From positions 1-52,734 of IMG/VR virus record IMGVR_UViG_3300036795_000123: DNA of 52,734 nucleotides. One strand, given 5' to 3'. This document shows positions 35,665-44,191 of the stretch, one piece after another (the stretch's first letter is position 1; every line of letters starts with the position of its first letter). The position numbers and the translations under genes were made by a program. The notes under the pieces were generated by a model. It saw nothing but the letters and a program-made list of their open reading frames with translations, was not told the origin of the DNA and did no database searches. Source of the DNA: a virus. Taxonomy: Duplodnaviria; Caudoviricetes.

Positions 35665-36224
35665 GCTTTGAAGTCACCCATGAGGGTGCCCATCATTTTC
35701 AAGTAAAAACGGTACTGCTCGACGGCCGCGTCGACCTTGGCTTTCACGCGTGCGCTGTAGGGACGTTTGTAGATCTCCCCGTGCTGGGCCACGGCGAAGA
35801 ATTTCTCTAGGGAAGTCACATCGATGTTTTGGAAGTGCAGAAAATCGTCACTATCATGGTTGGTTCGCTCGCGAATAAACTGGCGACAAAAAGCCGGCGC
35901 GTAGCCTGCGACGTAGACTTCGCAGCCCTTCAGCTCGCGAAGACACGCCATGATCTCATTTCCCATTTCGAAAGGGGCGAGTTTCGCTTTTTTCATGTCA
36001 TCGAATAAGCCGCTCTGGGTGTGCCATCTTTGCACGTTGGCATCGCAGCGATCTTCGATATTCACGAGGTGGCCTAGCACACCGTAGTAAACCCCCTCGG
36101 TTTCCTCCGCGCGCATGTCGGTAACGCGCAGGTAAACTTCCAAGAGCGCATCCTTGCCGGGATCTAGTCCGGTGGTGGCCACGGCCGCCCAGAGAAGTCG
36201 CTGCGGTCTATTTTTTTGTGTCAA
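35661..36224 (-). CDS. Oligoribonuclease (Orn)-like DEDDh fold, catalytically degenerate
   Basis: LLWAAVATTGLDP, LLEV...VTD, WHTQSGL, HFQNIDVTSL; acidic triad and His replaced. Confidence 0.8.
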   Translation of the reverse strand: MTQKNRPQRLLWAAVATTGLDPGKDALLEVYLRVTDMRAEETEGVYYGVLGHLVNIEDRCDANVQRWHTQSGLFDDMKKAKLAPFEMGNEIMACLRELKGCEVYVAGYAPAFCRQFIRERTNHDSDDFLHFQNIDVTSLEKFFAVAQHGEIYKRPYSARVKAKVDAAVEQYRFYLKMMGTLMGDFKA

Positions 36225-36946
36225 AGTAACTCCCAGATCGGATAGGGCTCGGGGATAACGTCCACACCCATATCCCTTAATAGCTTCAAACTACTATCGT
36301 AGTCTTCCATATCACTTTCGATAAACAGCCACGCAGCAAGAGATTTCCCAAAAAAATTGAAGCAGGATTCCGTCGATAGTTCGCGCCAGTCATCGCCAGA
36401 CTTTTCAACGTACATCGCTACGAGCAGCATGTACGGGAGCGGCCCGATCGAGTTAGGTAACCCCGACGCTCGCAGGATATCGCTAGCCAACCCCCAAAAA
36501 GGCGCACTGATTTTCGCCGCCGGCAATTGTTTTATGGGGTATGTTTCCTTGGCCCCACATTTCCACGCCTCATCAAAGGAATGGTGGGCACGGCAAACTA
36601 CCGGGCGCGAGTCATAAGCCAAGCAACGAGAATCTTTCAGTACCGGGCAGTCCGTTTCCGTGTCCCGGTACTGCGCTGCGGTCAGCTTTTTAGCCACCAG
36701 ATCTTTTGATATCGCCGTACACTCTTCCTGGATACGGGCGATTTCATCCGGGTGGGTTTTGCGGAGTGCGCAGAGCACAGCCACCGCGTCCGCCAACGTT
36801 ACCGTCGGCAATAGGCGACAACACGCAGAGCAGCCTGCGCGGCACGACGAACGCAGCCGATGGACATCACGTTCCTTCGCGAGAATGGCCGAAACGGTTT
36901 TGTCGACAGTGTTGTGAAGCTTGGCAAGGGCTCGGTGAAGTTGCAT
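36221..36946 (-). CDS. YkgJ/CxxCxxCC cysteine-cluster protein (FliB-like)
   Basis: CRAGCSACC, CPVL...C..YDSRPVVCR. Confidence 0.85.
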   Translation of the reverse strand: MQLHRALAKLHNTVDKTVSAILAKERDVHRLRSSCRAGCSACCRLLPTVTLADAVAVLCALRKTHPDEIARIQEECTAISKDLVAKKLTAAQYRDTETDCPVLKDSRCLAYDSRPVVCRAHHSFDEAWKCGAKETYPIKQLPAAKISAPFWGLASDILRASGLPNSIGPLPYMLLVAMYVEKSGDDWRELSTESCFNFFGKSLAAWLFIESDMEDYDSSLKLLRDMGVDVIPEPYPIWELL

Positions 36947-37239
36947 CACTTGGCAGCGCAGTGCCCGCCGATGGCGAGCATTTTTTTCTTGTGCTTTTTG
37001 CAGGGCACGATGACCACATCGCCATGTGGCATGAAGCGGTACGAGCAACCGCAGCACTCCATGCGCGCGAACTCAACCCCGTTAGCCCACCATGTCAGGC
37101 CCGTGGGCGCGTTGGGATTGATGAGCAAAGTTCCAGGAATGGTGTCCGTTACGAGCTGCTCGTGCGCCGGTGGTGCGGGGGCATTACCCATGTCGATAGG
37201 TGCGCTCACTTCCACCTCCGCGAACCAAGGCCCATGCAT
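36946..37239 (-). CDS. Hypothetical protein
   Basis: C.C...C.KH; coupled to the downstream gene. Confidence 0.5.
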   Translation of the reverse strand: MHGPWFAEVEVSAPIDMGNAPAPPAHEQLVTDTIPGTLLINPNAPTGLTWWANGVEFARMECCGCSYRFMPHGDVVIVPCKKHKKKMLAIGGHCAAK

Positions 37240-37367
37240 TCCTTGTTACAGTGCACTCGTTTTTCGAAAGCCTTTCGAGATTCCATGTGCTTCCCTTGGA
37301 ACTTGCGAGCCATCTCGCGGCCGCAGTACTTACATTTTTTAGGTGGTGTTTCACCGGGATCGGTCAT
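37206..37367 (-). CDS. Small Zn-finger protein (53 aa, not in ORF track)
   Basis: Read by hand: CKYCG...HCNKEC; ATGA coupling. Confidence 0.55.
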   Translation of the reverse strand: MTDPGETPPKKCKYCGREMARKFQGKHMESRKAFEKRVHCNKECMGLGSRRWK

Positions 37368-37605
37368 GGCCTGCGCACGTCTTCCTTAGCGACGATGGCC
37401 CCTGCCACATACTCGACACCATCTACTTTTTCGAGCTGGGATGGGAAGTAAAAAACACGACAGAATCCAATCAGAAGTACGTCACAAAAATTATCACCGT
37501 CTTTAGGATCGGAATAAATGATGCCCAATCGATGATCGGGGTAAATGCACTGTTCGTTTTTGCCAGCGCTCACCACGACCACCACATCGTCTTTTCGAAA
37601 CGAGT

Positions 37606-38211
37606 TCATATCGACGCGATCCCCTCCTCTTGAAAGTACGCGACACCCGGCGGAGGGTTCGTCCACCCGCGCTGTACGGCGTGCTTACGTAACGCCACGG
37701 TGTCCACCATGAGGAACTCGCGGGGAACCTGGTACGGGTCGATGACGCGCAGCTTCCACGTGAGCCGTACCGATACGCCGGCGATGCGCGGGATTTCTTT
37801 GACGGCCTCGGCGACGTGGGTCATGGCGGTGGCGTGGTCACCTTGTGCGAGCGCTTTGCGGGCTTCGCGATCGGCGATCTCACGCTGCGCTTCTAGGCGT
37901 TGACGGTAGAGCAGCATTACATTTTTTATCGAATCCTTCGCGGCCTCTAAGCTATCGATCGTCGGGCGGTACATGGCGCGGATGCGTTTTACGCCGTCGT
38001 TGATGGGCCGGATGATCGCGTCCATATCGGCCTTGACGGATTTTATTTGCTCGCTGATCTCGTGCAGCAACGTCGCGCCATTCTCGTAATCAGTCTCATC
38101 TAAGATCTCGGCATGGTAAGCGCTCTCGCGCACCGCGGCGGCCCCCTCGGTGGTGGCCAGCGTAGGACCGTGCAGGGGGATTACGACCGCGTCATTTCGT
38201 TTCGGTGCCAT
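37606..38211 (-). CDS. Conserved phage coiled-coil protein (Gp157/Gam-like; function uncertain)
   Basis: Coiled coil followed by GVSVR.TWK..V.D...VPREFL..D...PGV. Confidence 0.55.
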   Translation of the reverse strand: MAPKRNDAVVIPLHGPTLATTEGAAAVRESAYHAEILDETDYENGATLLHEISEQIKSVKADMDAIIRPINDGVKRIRAMYRPTIDSLEAAKDSIKNVMLLYRQRLEAQREIADREARKALAQGDHATAMTHVAEAVKEIPRIAGVSVRLTWKLRVIDPYQVPREFLMVDTVALRKHAVQRGWTNPPPGVAYFQEEGIASI

Positions 38212-38271
38212 GGGCCTTTCCTACCTTTTGAAACGTGCATTGTCCACGCCCCACTACGTCAAAAAGCAGAG

Positions 38272-38760
38272 CTATCGCAGGCCCGCGCGAGCGAGGTGCC
38301 ACACCCCTAAGCCCACCGCGTCAAGGATGTTATGGACGCGCTCCCCCGCCGTGATCTTGGCCTCTTTTACGATCGTCAGCTCGGCGGCGGACAGCTTACC
38401 CATGAGGCGCTTATGGTGGATGGCCTTGGGAACCTGGCCCTTCCATTCAGCGGGCCAAAACGTTTCGATTTTTTTGCATGGGATCGCGGCGCATAGAGCT
38501 CCCGCCACCATGGCCACCGCCACGAGGTCGTTCGGGTCGCCGGGGGATGTTTTGTAGATCTGTGGGATCTCGCACACGATCGTGTCCATCGGCGATGCGT
38601 TATTCTCCGCCATTTGATAGGCGCGCCGCGCGATTTCACCGAACATAGATCGGCGAGCTACGATTTTCGTGTCCCACAACGCGGTGTTTTTTAGCTGCCC
38701 CCCATGAAAAAAAGCGAACCCCGTGCCGTGTACGCTGGGATCGATGGCGAGCAGCTTCAA
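38272..38760 (-). CDS. RuvC-like Holliday junction resolvase
   Basis: LLAIDP..TG, VCEIP, PAEWKG, HNILDAVGLG. Confidence 0.85.
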   Translation of the reverse strand: MKLLAIDPSVHGTGFAFFHGGQLKNTALWDTKIVARRSMFGEIARRAYQMAENNASPMDTIVCEIPQIYKTSPGDPNDLVAVAMVAGALCAAIPCKKIETFWPAEWKGQVPKAIHHKRLMGKLSAAELTIVKEAKITAGERVHNILDAVGLGVWHLARAGLR

Positions 38761-39113
38761 CGCGCCGCCAATTCGTTTAAGCGGCTTTTATGGATATTTC
38801 TGGTGCGCCACGCTTTAGCGCGCGAAAGCGTTTCGGCACATTTTTGGCAAAGGTAATTGTTATGGCTTTCGTCAAGGTCGACTATGGCGCTCCCATCACA
38901 CTCGGGCAACAGCCGATCATGAACAGGAATGTACCGATAAGGCGTTCGCACATTCCACACCCACCCGCGCACCGCGAAGCCACATTCTACGCATGGCATC
39001 CTAAAAACCAAAAAGCACTTGCGCACGGGATAGCGTTCGGCCCACGTGCGCGGGGGCGTGCGTAGGCTCTCACCGCGAAGCCATGCTTGGAAGATGTTCA
39101 TGAAAGAAGCCAT
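38757..39113 (-). CDS. Hypothetical Zn-finger protein
   Basis: CVEC and CQKC. Confidence 0.55.
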   Translation of the reverse strand: MASFMNIFQAWLRGESLRTPPRTWAERYPVRKCFLVFRMPCVECGFAVRGWVWNVRTPYRYIPVHDRLLPECDGSAIVDLDESHNNYLCQKCAETLSRAKAWRTRNIHKSRLNELAAR

Positions 39114-39210
39114 CTCAGGAAAAGTGTGATGCCTATTCCCACAAGGAATCCCGCAACAAAGCCGTCGCTATATATCGTTTTGGCGTCGAAAGCTGGGCCG
39201 GGGTCGTGGC

Positions 39211-39465
39211 TCACCGTTTTGTTGCCTCATCTATCGCAATCAAGGCTTCCGTCAACGTATCGAATTGGGTTTTCCACCAAATAAACGGTTTGGGTGTAAG
39301 CACGCTCCAACGCATGCCTGAATTACCGATACCACCGCCCTGAACAGCAAGGCCGCCTAACTCGATCGAGTATCCTTTGTATTCGATCGCGTTCGATGGC
39401 TCGCTATCCGGGCAATGAATAAGCGCGTACTGCTTAGGGCCCTTCCCGCGAAAAAACCAATTCAT
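39211..39465 (-). CDS. Hypothetical protein
   Basis: ATGA-coupled to the MTase. Confidence 0.55.
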   Translation of the reverse strand: MNWFFRGKGPKQYALIHCPDSEPSNAIEYKGYSIELGGLAVQGGGIGNSGMRWSVLTPKPFIWWKTQFDTLTEALIAIDEATKR

Positions 39466-40409
39466 TGCATCGCCTCATCTAGCAACGTGGAAAACGCTAA
39501 TGCTGCGGTGGCGGGAACAACGGCGTTCCCTAGCGACCTAAGTCGGTCCACCCGATGGGGAAGCCCATCAACCATTCGACCCACATCGGGCTCAGATTTC
39601 CACCACCCGTTCCTTGGGCACACGCTGCTACTTCGTCGTTTAGATTCCGACCCCCATGTTTGCTGCCGAAGCGACCCACCCTGGACCCATAACCCCTCGT
39701 TGCGTCGTGCGCTAAAGGCATTGGCCATAACTTCACAGCCGTTTCTAGCCCGTCCCCCGAATTCGGCGAAGCCCCCGCACGATTGTAGTTGCCGCTGATC
39801 GTCGGTGTCGGCCAGAGATTCTTCCGCGCCATGGATTCCAGACTGGGACGTATCTTCCCCACGCGTCCCGCCGTGCTGCCACGGTTGTCGCCGTATGATT
39901 GTGCGGTCGGTGTGGGCAAGTATGAAAAGCCGTTGTCGTAGGTGGGGCGCGCCGATTTCCGCTGCCGAGAAGATGCCCGCCGAAACGTGGTAACCCATTC
40001 CTTGAAGGTCTGCGCGGACTTGCTCAAGTCCGATGGACACATGTCCGGGGACGTTTTCAAAGAAGCATAAAGCTGGTTGGCACTCTGCGATGATTCGAGC
40101 GATGTGTGGCCACAAGTGCCGAGGATCATCTTCTCCCCCGCGTCGCCCTGCAACGCTGAAAGGCTGACACGGGTATCCCGCAGTAGCAAGATCCACGACG
40201 CCACGCCATGGCTTGCCTCGGAATGTCTTAACGTCATTCCAGAGAGGAGCCGGATCCAGTTCGCCTTTTTCCATGCGCGCGACAAGGCATGCGGCTGCGT
40301 ATCCTTCCCTCTCGACGTAACACACGGTTCGGTGAGGCACCATGGCGCTAATTCCGCGTTCAAGTCCCCCAATCCCGGCACATAAAGCCAACCCATTCAG
40401 CACCTTCAT
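39462..40409 (-). CDS. DNA cytosine-C5 methyltransferase (large subunit)
   Basis: LCAGIGG (I), GYPCQPFS (IV), FENV (VI), RQRLF (VIII), LGNAV (X). Confidence 0.92.
   Translation of the reverse strand: MKVLNGLALCAGIGGLERGISAMVPHRTVCYVEREGYAAACLVARMEKGELDPAPLWNDVKTFRGKPWRGVVDLATAGYPCQPFSVAGRRGGEDDPRHLWPHIARIIAECQPALCFFENVPGHVSIGLEQVRADLQGMGYHVSAGIFSAAEIGAPHLRQRLFILAHTDRTIIRRQPWQHGGTRGEDTSQSGIHGAEESLADTDDQRQLQSCGGFAEFGGRARNGCEVMANAFSARRNEGLWVQGGSLRQQTWGSESKRRSSSVCPRNGWWKSEPDVGRMVDGLPHRVDRLRSLGNAVVPATAALAFSTLLDEAMQ
39530..40396 (-). CDS. Nested alternative-frame ORF, probable second MTase subunit carrying motif IX
   Basis: 288-aa open frame inside the MTase; repeated (L/W)PTP; LSPMWVEWLMGFPIGWT; AAGGTG RBS. 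Confidence 0.7.
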   Translation of the reverse strand: MGWLYVPGLGDLNAELAPWCLTEPCVTSRGKDTQPHALSRAWKKANWIRLLSGMTLRHSEASHGVASWILLLRDTRVSLSALQGDAGEKMILGTCGHTSLESSQSANQLYASLKTSPDMCPSDLSKSAQTFKEWVTTFRRASSRQRKSARPTYDNGFSYLPTPTAQSYGDNRGSTAGRVGKIRPSLESMARKNLWPTPTISGNYNRAGASPNSGDGLETAVKLWPMPLAHDATRGYGSRVGRFGSKHGGRNLNDEVAACAQGTGGGNLSPMWVEWLMGFPIGWTDLGR

Positions 40410-40753
40410 TTACAGATCGACCAGTATTTTCTAGGCAACCCGCGTTTTTTGGCCTCGGCCACGGCCTGCTCGCGCGTAAGGCCCATCGCCATGAGGGTGG
40501 GGACGAATTGCCCCGGGGAGATGGTGATAGGTGCCTCTTCCTTCGCAGATCGAGCAGCGCAGGTACGACACATGTCGGGATTGGGTACACCGAAACTGCT
40601 CGGCGGTGCGTTAAAGGACGTGTGACAAACGATGCATTTCATGGAAGGATCCTCATTAGGAAAAAATTTAGGTTCGGCGCACATCCGACAAATATTCGCG
40701 CACTCGAAACCGCGCGGAAGATGGTTGCCGCATGCGGCGCACCTACTCATCAA
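40406..40753 (-). CDS. Hypothetical multi-CxxC Zn-finger protein
   Basis: Four CxxC pairs. Confidence 0.55.
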   Translation of the reverse strand: MMSRCAACGNHLPRGFECANICRMCAEPKFFPNEDPSMKCIVCHTSFNAPPSSFGVPNPDMCRTCAARSAKEEAPITISPGQFVPTLMAMGLTREQAVAEAKKRGLPRKYWSICK

Positions 40754-41763
40754 CTCGCCGTCGTGGCGTCTTCTTTGCGCGCCCGAAAGTGTGCCCTACA
40801 GGCATCACGGATGGATTGTTGTCGGGAGGTGTTCGTCACGAGCTGTAGTACCCCGGAAACATCACGCCTCAGATCGGTGCTAGGATCGAATTGATACTTC
40901 ACTAAAATTTGTCCTCGCGTTTCATACTGACGATCTGACGTGCGACCGTGCCACATGTGACGCACCGTGTTTTCGATCACCCCGATGTTTCTTCCCAGGG
41001 CATTCAGTGCGTTGGTTTGATACGCGTACATGGGACCACTGTACCCCGGCGAAAACTTAGGATCGAGGTATGGCTTCAACAGCCCTGTCAAAGAGAGAGC
41101 CAAATACAGATCCCCCGCTCCCAAAATACCCCAATCGATTAACGGCGAGCTCAAACCGCAGCCCAGCTTACCGAGCGACTCGCGCCGCGCTGCCCACGCA
41201 CCACCGGGGCTACCTATCCATGGCGGGTACTGCCCCGCCGGCGTGGTGGGAATGCCGTTCAGATAATTGAACATGAACGAGGTGCCCACGCGGCCTTGAA
41301 GTATCCCGCCGGTGGGGGACAGGTTGATGAGGTGTGACCACATTTGCACCAGATCATAATCCTGCAACGCCTCGATGGTTTTCGCGAAAGCATCCGGTTC
41401 CCACAAAAAATCCGCGTCCACCCATGCTACGTAGCGCCACGTCGGGTCGGCGCGCGTGATGAATATCAACGCCAGGTTGATGAGGTTTTCCTTGTGCCAG
41501 ATCTCGCCCGGGATGGCCGAGGTCCACAATTGAATGTGCCGTTCGTTGTCGCTCTGCGTGATGGCAGCGGGGCGCTTCCCGTGTTGCAGCTCCACCGTCC
41601 ATAGGCGCACCGTGCAGCCTTGCTGATTTCCCAAGGCCGCGGCGAATGTCTGATAGAGCGCGTAGCGACTCGTAAACTGCATGGGGTTTTCGATTACGGC
41701 AATGACTTCAATGGAAGGCAACGCTGTGGCCATCGGTGCTTTTTTCACGGATGAGCACATCAA
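40750..41763 (-). CDS. GT-A fold glycosyltransferase-like protein
   Basis: WHKENLINL, VAWVDAD (DxD), GAWAARR, LGAGD, HMWHG. Confidence 0.7.
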   Translation of the reverse strand: MMCSSVKKAPMATALPSIEVIAVIENPMQFTSRYALYQTFAAALGNQQGCTVRLWTVELQHGKRPAAITQSDNERHIQLWTSAIPGEIWHKENLINLALIFITRADPTWRYVAWVDADFLWEPDAFAKTIEALQDYDLVQMWSHLINLSPTGGILQGRVGTSFMFNYLNGIPTTPAGQYPPWIGSPGGAWAARRESLGKLGCGLSSPLIDWGILGAGDLYLALSLTGLLKPYLDPKFSPGYSGPMYAYQTNALNALGRNIGVIENTVRHMWHGRTSDRQYETRGQILVKYQFDPSTDLRRDVSGVLQLVTNTSRQQSIRDACRAHFRARKEDATTAS

Positions 41764-42095
41764 CGCAAATGTTTCAGCTTCTCAAAAGCCTGCGCTTCGA
41801 TCTCGCCCACCCGCGTTTCCGAAACCCCTAAAACGGCCCCCACCTCATCCGGGCGCATCCCGCCACGCGCCGCCAGATCCAACGCGCAGGTTTCACCACC
41901 GGGGGGGAGGATCTGAATGCCCCCGGCTCGTGTCACGTTCAGTTTTAGGTGGTAGCGGCAACCCATGTACGGACAGGGCCGCGGCCCATCGGCGCAATCC
42001 CCTCGCGTTTTCGGGCGCGCGTAGGGGCGGGGGATCGGCTGCTTACCGGCGCGGTCGAGTGTGCGCCTGTTGATCGTGATTTTTTTTTGGCCCAC
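41760..42095 (-). CDS. Zn-binding sigma70 region-4-like HTH protein
   Basis: RPKTRGDC..GPRPCPY.GCRYHL, TCALD.A..GG, EVGAVLGVSETRVGEIE. Confidence 0.8.
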   Translation of the reverse strand: MGQKKITINRRTLDRAGKQPIPRPYARPKTRGDCADGPRPCPYMGCRYHLKLNVTRAGGIQILPPGGETCALDLAARGGMRPDEVGAVLGVSETRVGEIEAQAFEKLKHLR

Positions 42096-42098
42096 GGC

Positions 42099-42374
42099 CT
42101 ATTGAAAACCACGCGGACGGCTCATCACCGGCGGCCCACCATCCTCCGTATGCCTCTTTGCAAAAGAAGGTTCGTCTTCGACGATATCCAGCGACGACTC
42201 GTCGAAACTTCCCATGTCCGGGACTTTGCCGTCCTTGTCGACCGGTGGCTGCACGCTCACCCGAGCGCAACCCGTTAACCACATGGTGTAGGCCACGGCT
42301 ATGCCGGTAAAACCCGTGATCTTGTCCCGTACTTTGCGACCCAAAATAGCAGGGTTGTTTTTGTCATCGAACAT
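42099..42374 (-). CDS. Conserved small phage protein
   Basis: LG.KVRDKITGFTG.....WLTGC; AAGGAG RBS. Confidence 0.7.
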   Translation of the reverse strand: MFDDKNNPAILGRKVRDKITGFTGIAVAYTMWLTGCARVSVQPPVDKDGKVPDMGSFDESSLDIVEDEPSFAKRHTEDGGPPVMSRPRGFQ

Positions 42375-42385
42375 GCTTTTCTCCT

Positions 42386-44188
42386 TTAGGCTGCGACATG
42401 ATGCACCAACACTTCGCCGTCGAGATCTACGATCCGCGGTGCATCTTTCGTGTAACGATCGGTGAGCACGCCCGACACGCGGATCGGCACATCGGGGCAA
42501 ACTTGCTGCATTCCTGTCACCATGATCTTTTCCGCATCTTTCAGACACCGTGATGCCACGGAGATCGGGACTTCAATCAACGCCTCATCATGCGAGAAAC
42601 CTACCGGGCGCGAGCCGTACAACACCGCGTCTTCAACGGCGTAGCAAACCATGGACAGGATGAAAAGAGACAGCGCGCTCCCGTCCGCCGCAAGGCCTTG
42701 GAACATCGTATTGCTGAGGTCGCAATACTTCAGGCCACCGCGGATGCGCTTCGACCAGTGCTGTTCGACCCACCCCTTTTTTTCCTGGTGACCCACCCAG
42801 TCGAAATACCGTTGCGCTCCCCATGTGGATGCCCACGCGGATTTCATGCGCTTAGCTTCGCGTTCGGAGATCTCATAGCCGTAATTGTTGAAGGCATACT
42901 CCACGAAACGCGGAGCCCCGAGGCCACCCGGGAAACCGAAATTCGCCGCTTTGCTGGCCTGACGGGCCTTTTTCATGGCGGGATCGCCGGCGGCTTTAAG
43001 CGCGAGCCCCTCTTCATACGATATATTTAGGAAGTACTCCGCGCCGAATTTCGTGTGGGGATCGGCGTCCGGATCGTCGCGGTACATGAGCGCCATGGGC
43101 ACACGATCTATCCCGAACAAGTTCACCATCACTTGCGACCACGTGCGCAGCTCGACCGTATCATAATCGATGTTGGCGAAGACGCATCCGTCCCGGGGCC
43201 GGTAGCACTCCCGCACGCCGCCCTGCTTAGGGAGGGTCTGTGCGTTCTTATTGGCCCCCCGGCGGCCGGTGGCGAGCATGTGGTACTCAGCATGGATGGT
43301 GCCGCGCGTACCCTCTTCCAACACACGGATGTACGTGGAATCCAATTTCTGTAACGACACGAAATCCGCCACCGTCTTTAACTGCGGGTGGGCCGACACC
43401 GTTTCCCGGCTCGTGCTGATGTTGCCTTTCTCGGTGCGCGGGGCCCGATCGCCGTAAGCCTTCTGTACCGCTGCACGGATGGCCTTGAGATCGCGCGACA
43501 CCTTGCCCTTGTTTTTGCCCGACGCCTTTACCTTCATGAGCCCGGCCGCGATCAGGGCGCGCCGCAGCACGCCCATATCCGCGTGGGTGCGCACCCGCAG
43601 CGCCTCGACGCGCGCCGCGTCCGTGATCATGCCCCAACACGTCATGAGCCGGTAGGCGAAGCTATAGGCCGCTTGGCGAGCGCCGTCCGCGACATCGCCC
43701 TGCGCATCGTAGATCTTGCTCGGGGCCCGCGCATCTTCCTTGGCGTACTCGATGGCCCCCGGTGGCCATTCATCGAGCGACAAGTCGTGTAGCTCCCCAT
43801 AGCTGAGACGGTAGGTTTCCTTGTCGAGAGCGTGCTTCAAATATTTGTGGCTTAGGTGCGCCAGCGAGTAACCACCGCCGTGCATGAGCATGCCTTGCGA
43901 ATTGGCGATCAACTGCTCGCGTAGCATTGTGTCGTGGATACGTTCGGCTAGGTAGGCTTCGAACAACGCGCGGGTGATACGGGGCTGGTGGCGGCAAAGC
44001 ACCGCCGCATCGTAGGCGATGTTATGCCCTACGATCTCCTCTTCCAACAATTCGCAAAGTAGGTCGTACGTGACATCGCTGTGGTGCAAAACGTCCGCGC
44101 CGTCGCCGATGGCGAGAGACATGCACACGAGGCGCGGGGCCATGTTACCGGGGCCGAATCGCTCGGTTTCGGTATCCATGCCCAGCAT
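42386..44188 (-). CDS. polA: DNA polymerase family A with 3'-5' exonuclease
   Basis: DTET, HNIAYD, YAKED (exo); DYDTVELR (A), RQASKAANFG (B), HDE (C). Confidence 0.93.
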   Translation of the reverse strand: MLGMDTETERFGPGNMAPRLVCMSLAIGDGADVLHHSDVTYDLLCELLEEEIVGHNIAYDAAVLCRHQPRITRALFEAYLAERIHDTMLREQLIANSQGMLMHGGGYSLAHLSHKYLKHALDKETYRLSYGELHDLSLDEWPPGAIEYAKEDARAPSKIYDAQGDVADGARQAAYSFAYRLMTCWGMITDAARVEALRVRTHADMGVLRRALIAAGLMKVKASGKNKGKVSRDLKAIRAAVQKAYGDRAPRTEKGNISTSRETVSAHPQLKTVADFVSLQKLDSTYIRVLEEGTRGTIHAEYHMLATGRRGANKNAQTLPKQGGVRECYRPRDGCVFANIDYDTVELRTWSQVMVNLFGIDRVPMALMYRDDPDADPHTKFGAEYFLNISYEEGLALKAAGDPAMKKARQASKAANFGFPGGLGAPRFVEYAFNNYGYEISEREAKRMKSAWASTWGAQRYFDWVGHQEKKGWVEQHWSKRIRGGLKYCDLSNTMFQGLAADGSALSLFILSMVCYAVEDAVLYGSRPVGFSHDEALIEVPISVASRCLKDAEKIMVTGMQQVCPDVPIRVSGVLTDRYTKDAPRIVDLDGEVLVHHVAA

Positions 44189-44191
44189 GCG

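Noticed and set aside
42386-44188. 2-aminoadenine (Z) genome
   Set aside because: No PurZ, DatZ or MazZ-like ORF was found, and the polymerase motif alone is insufficient.
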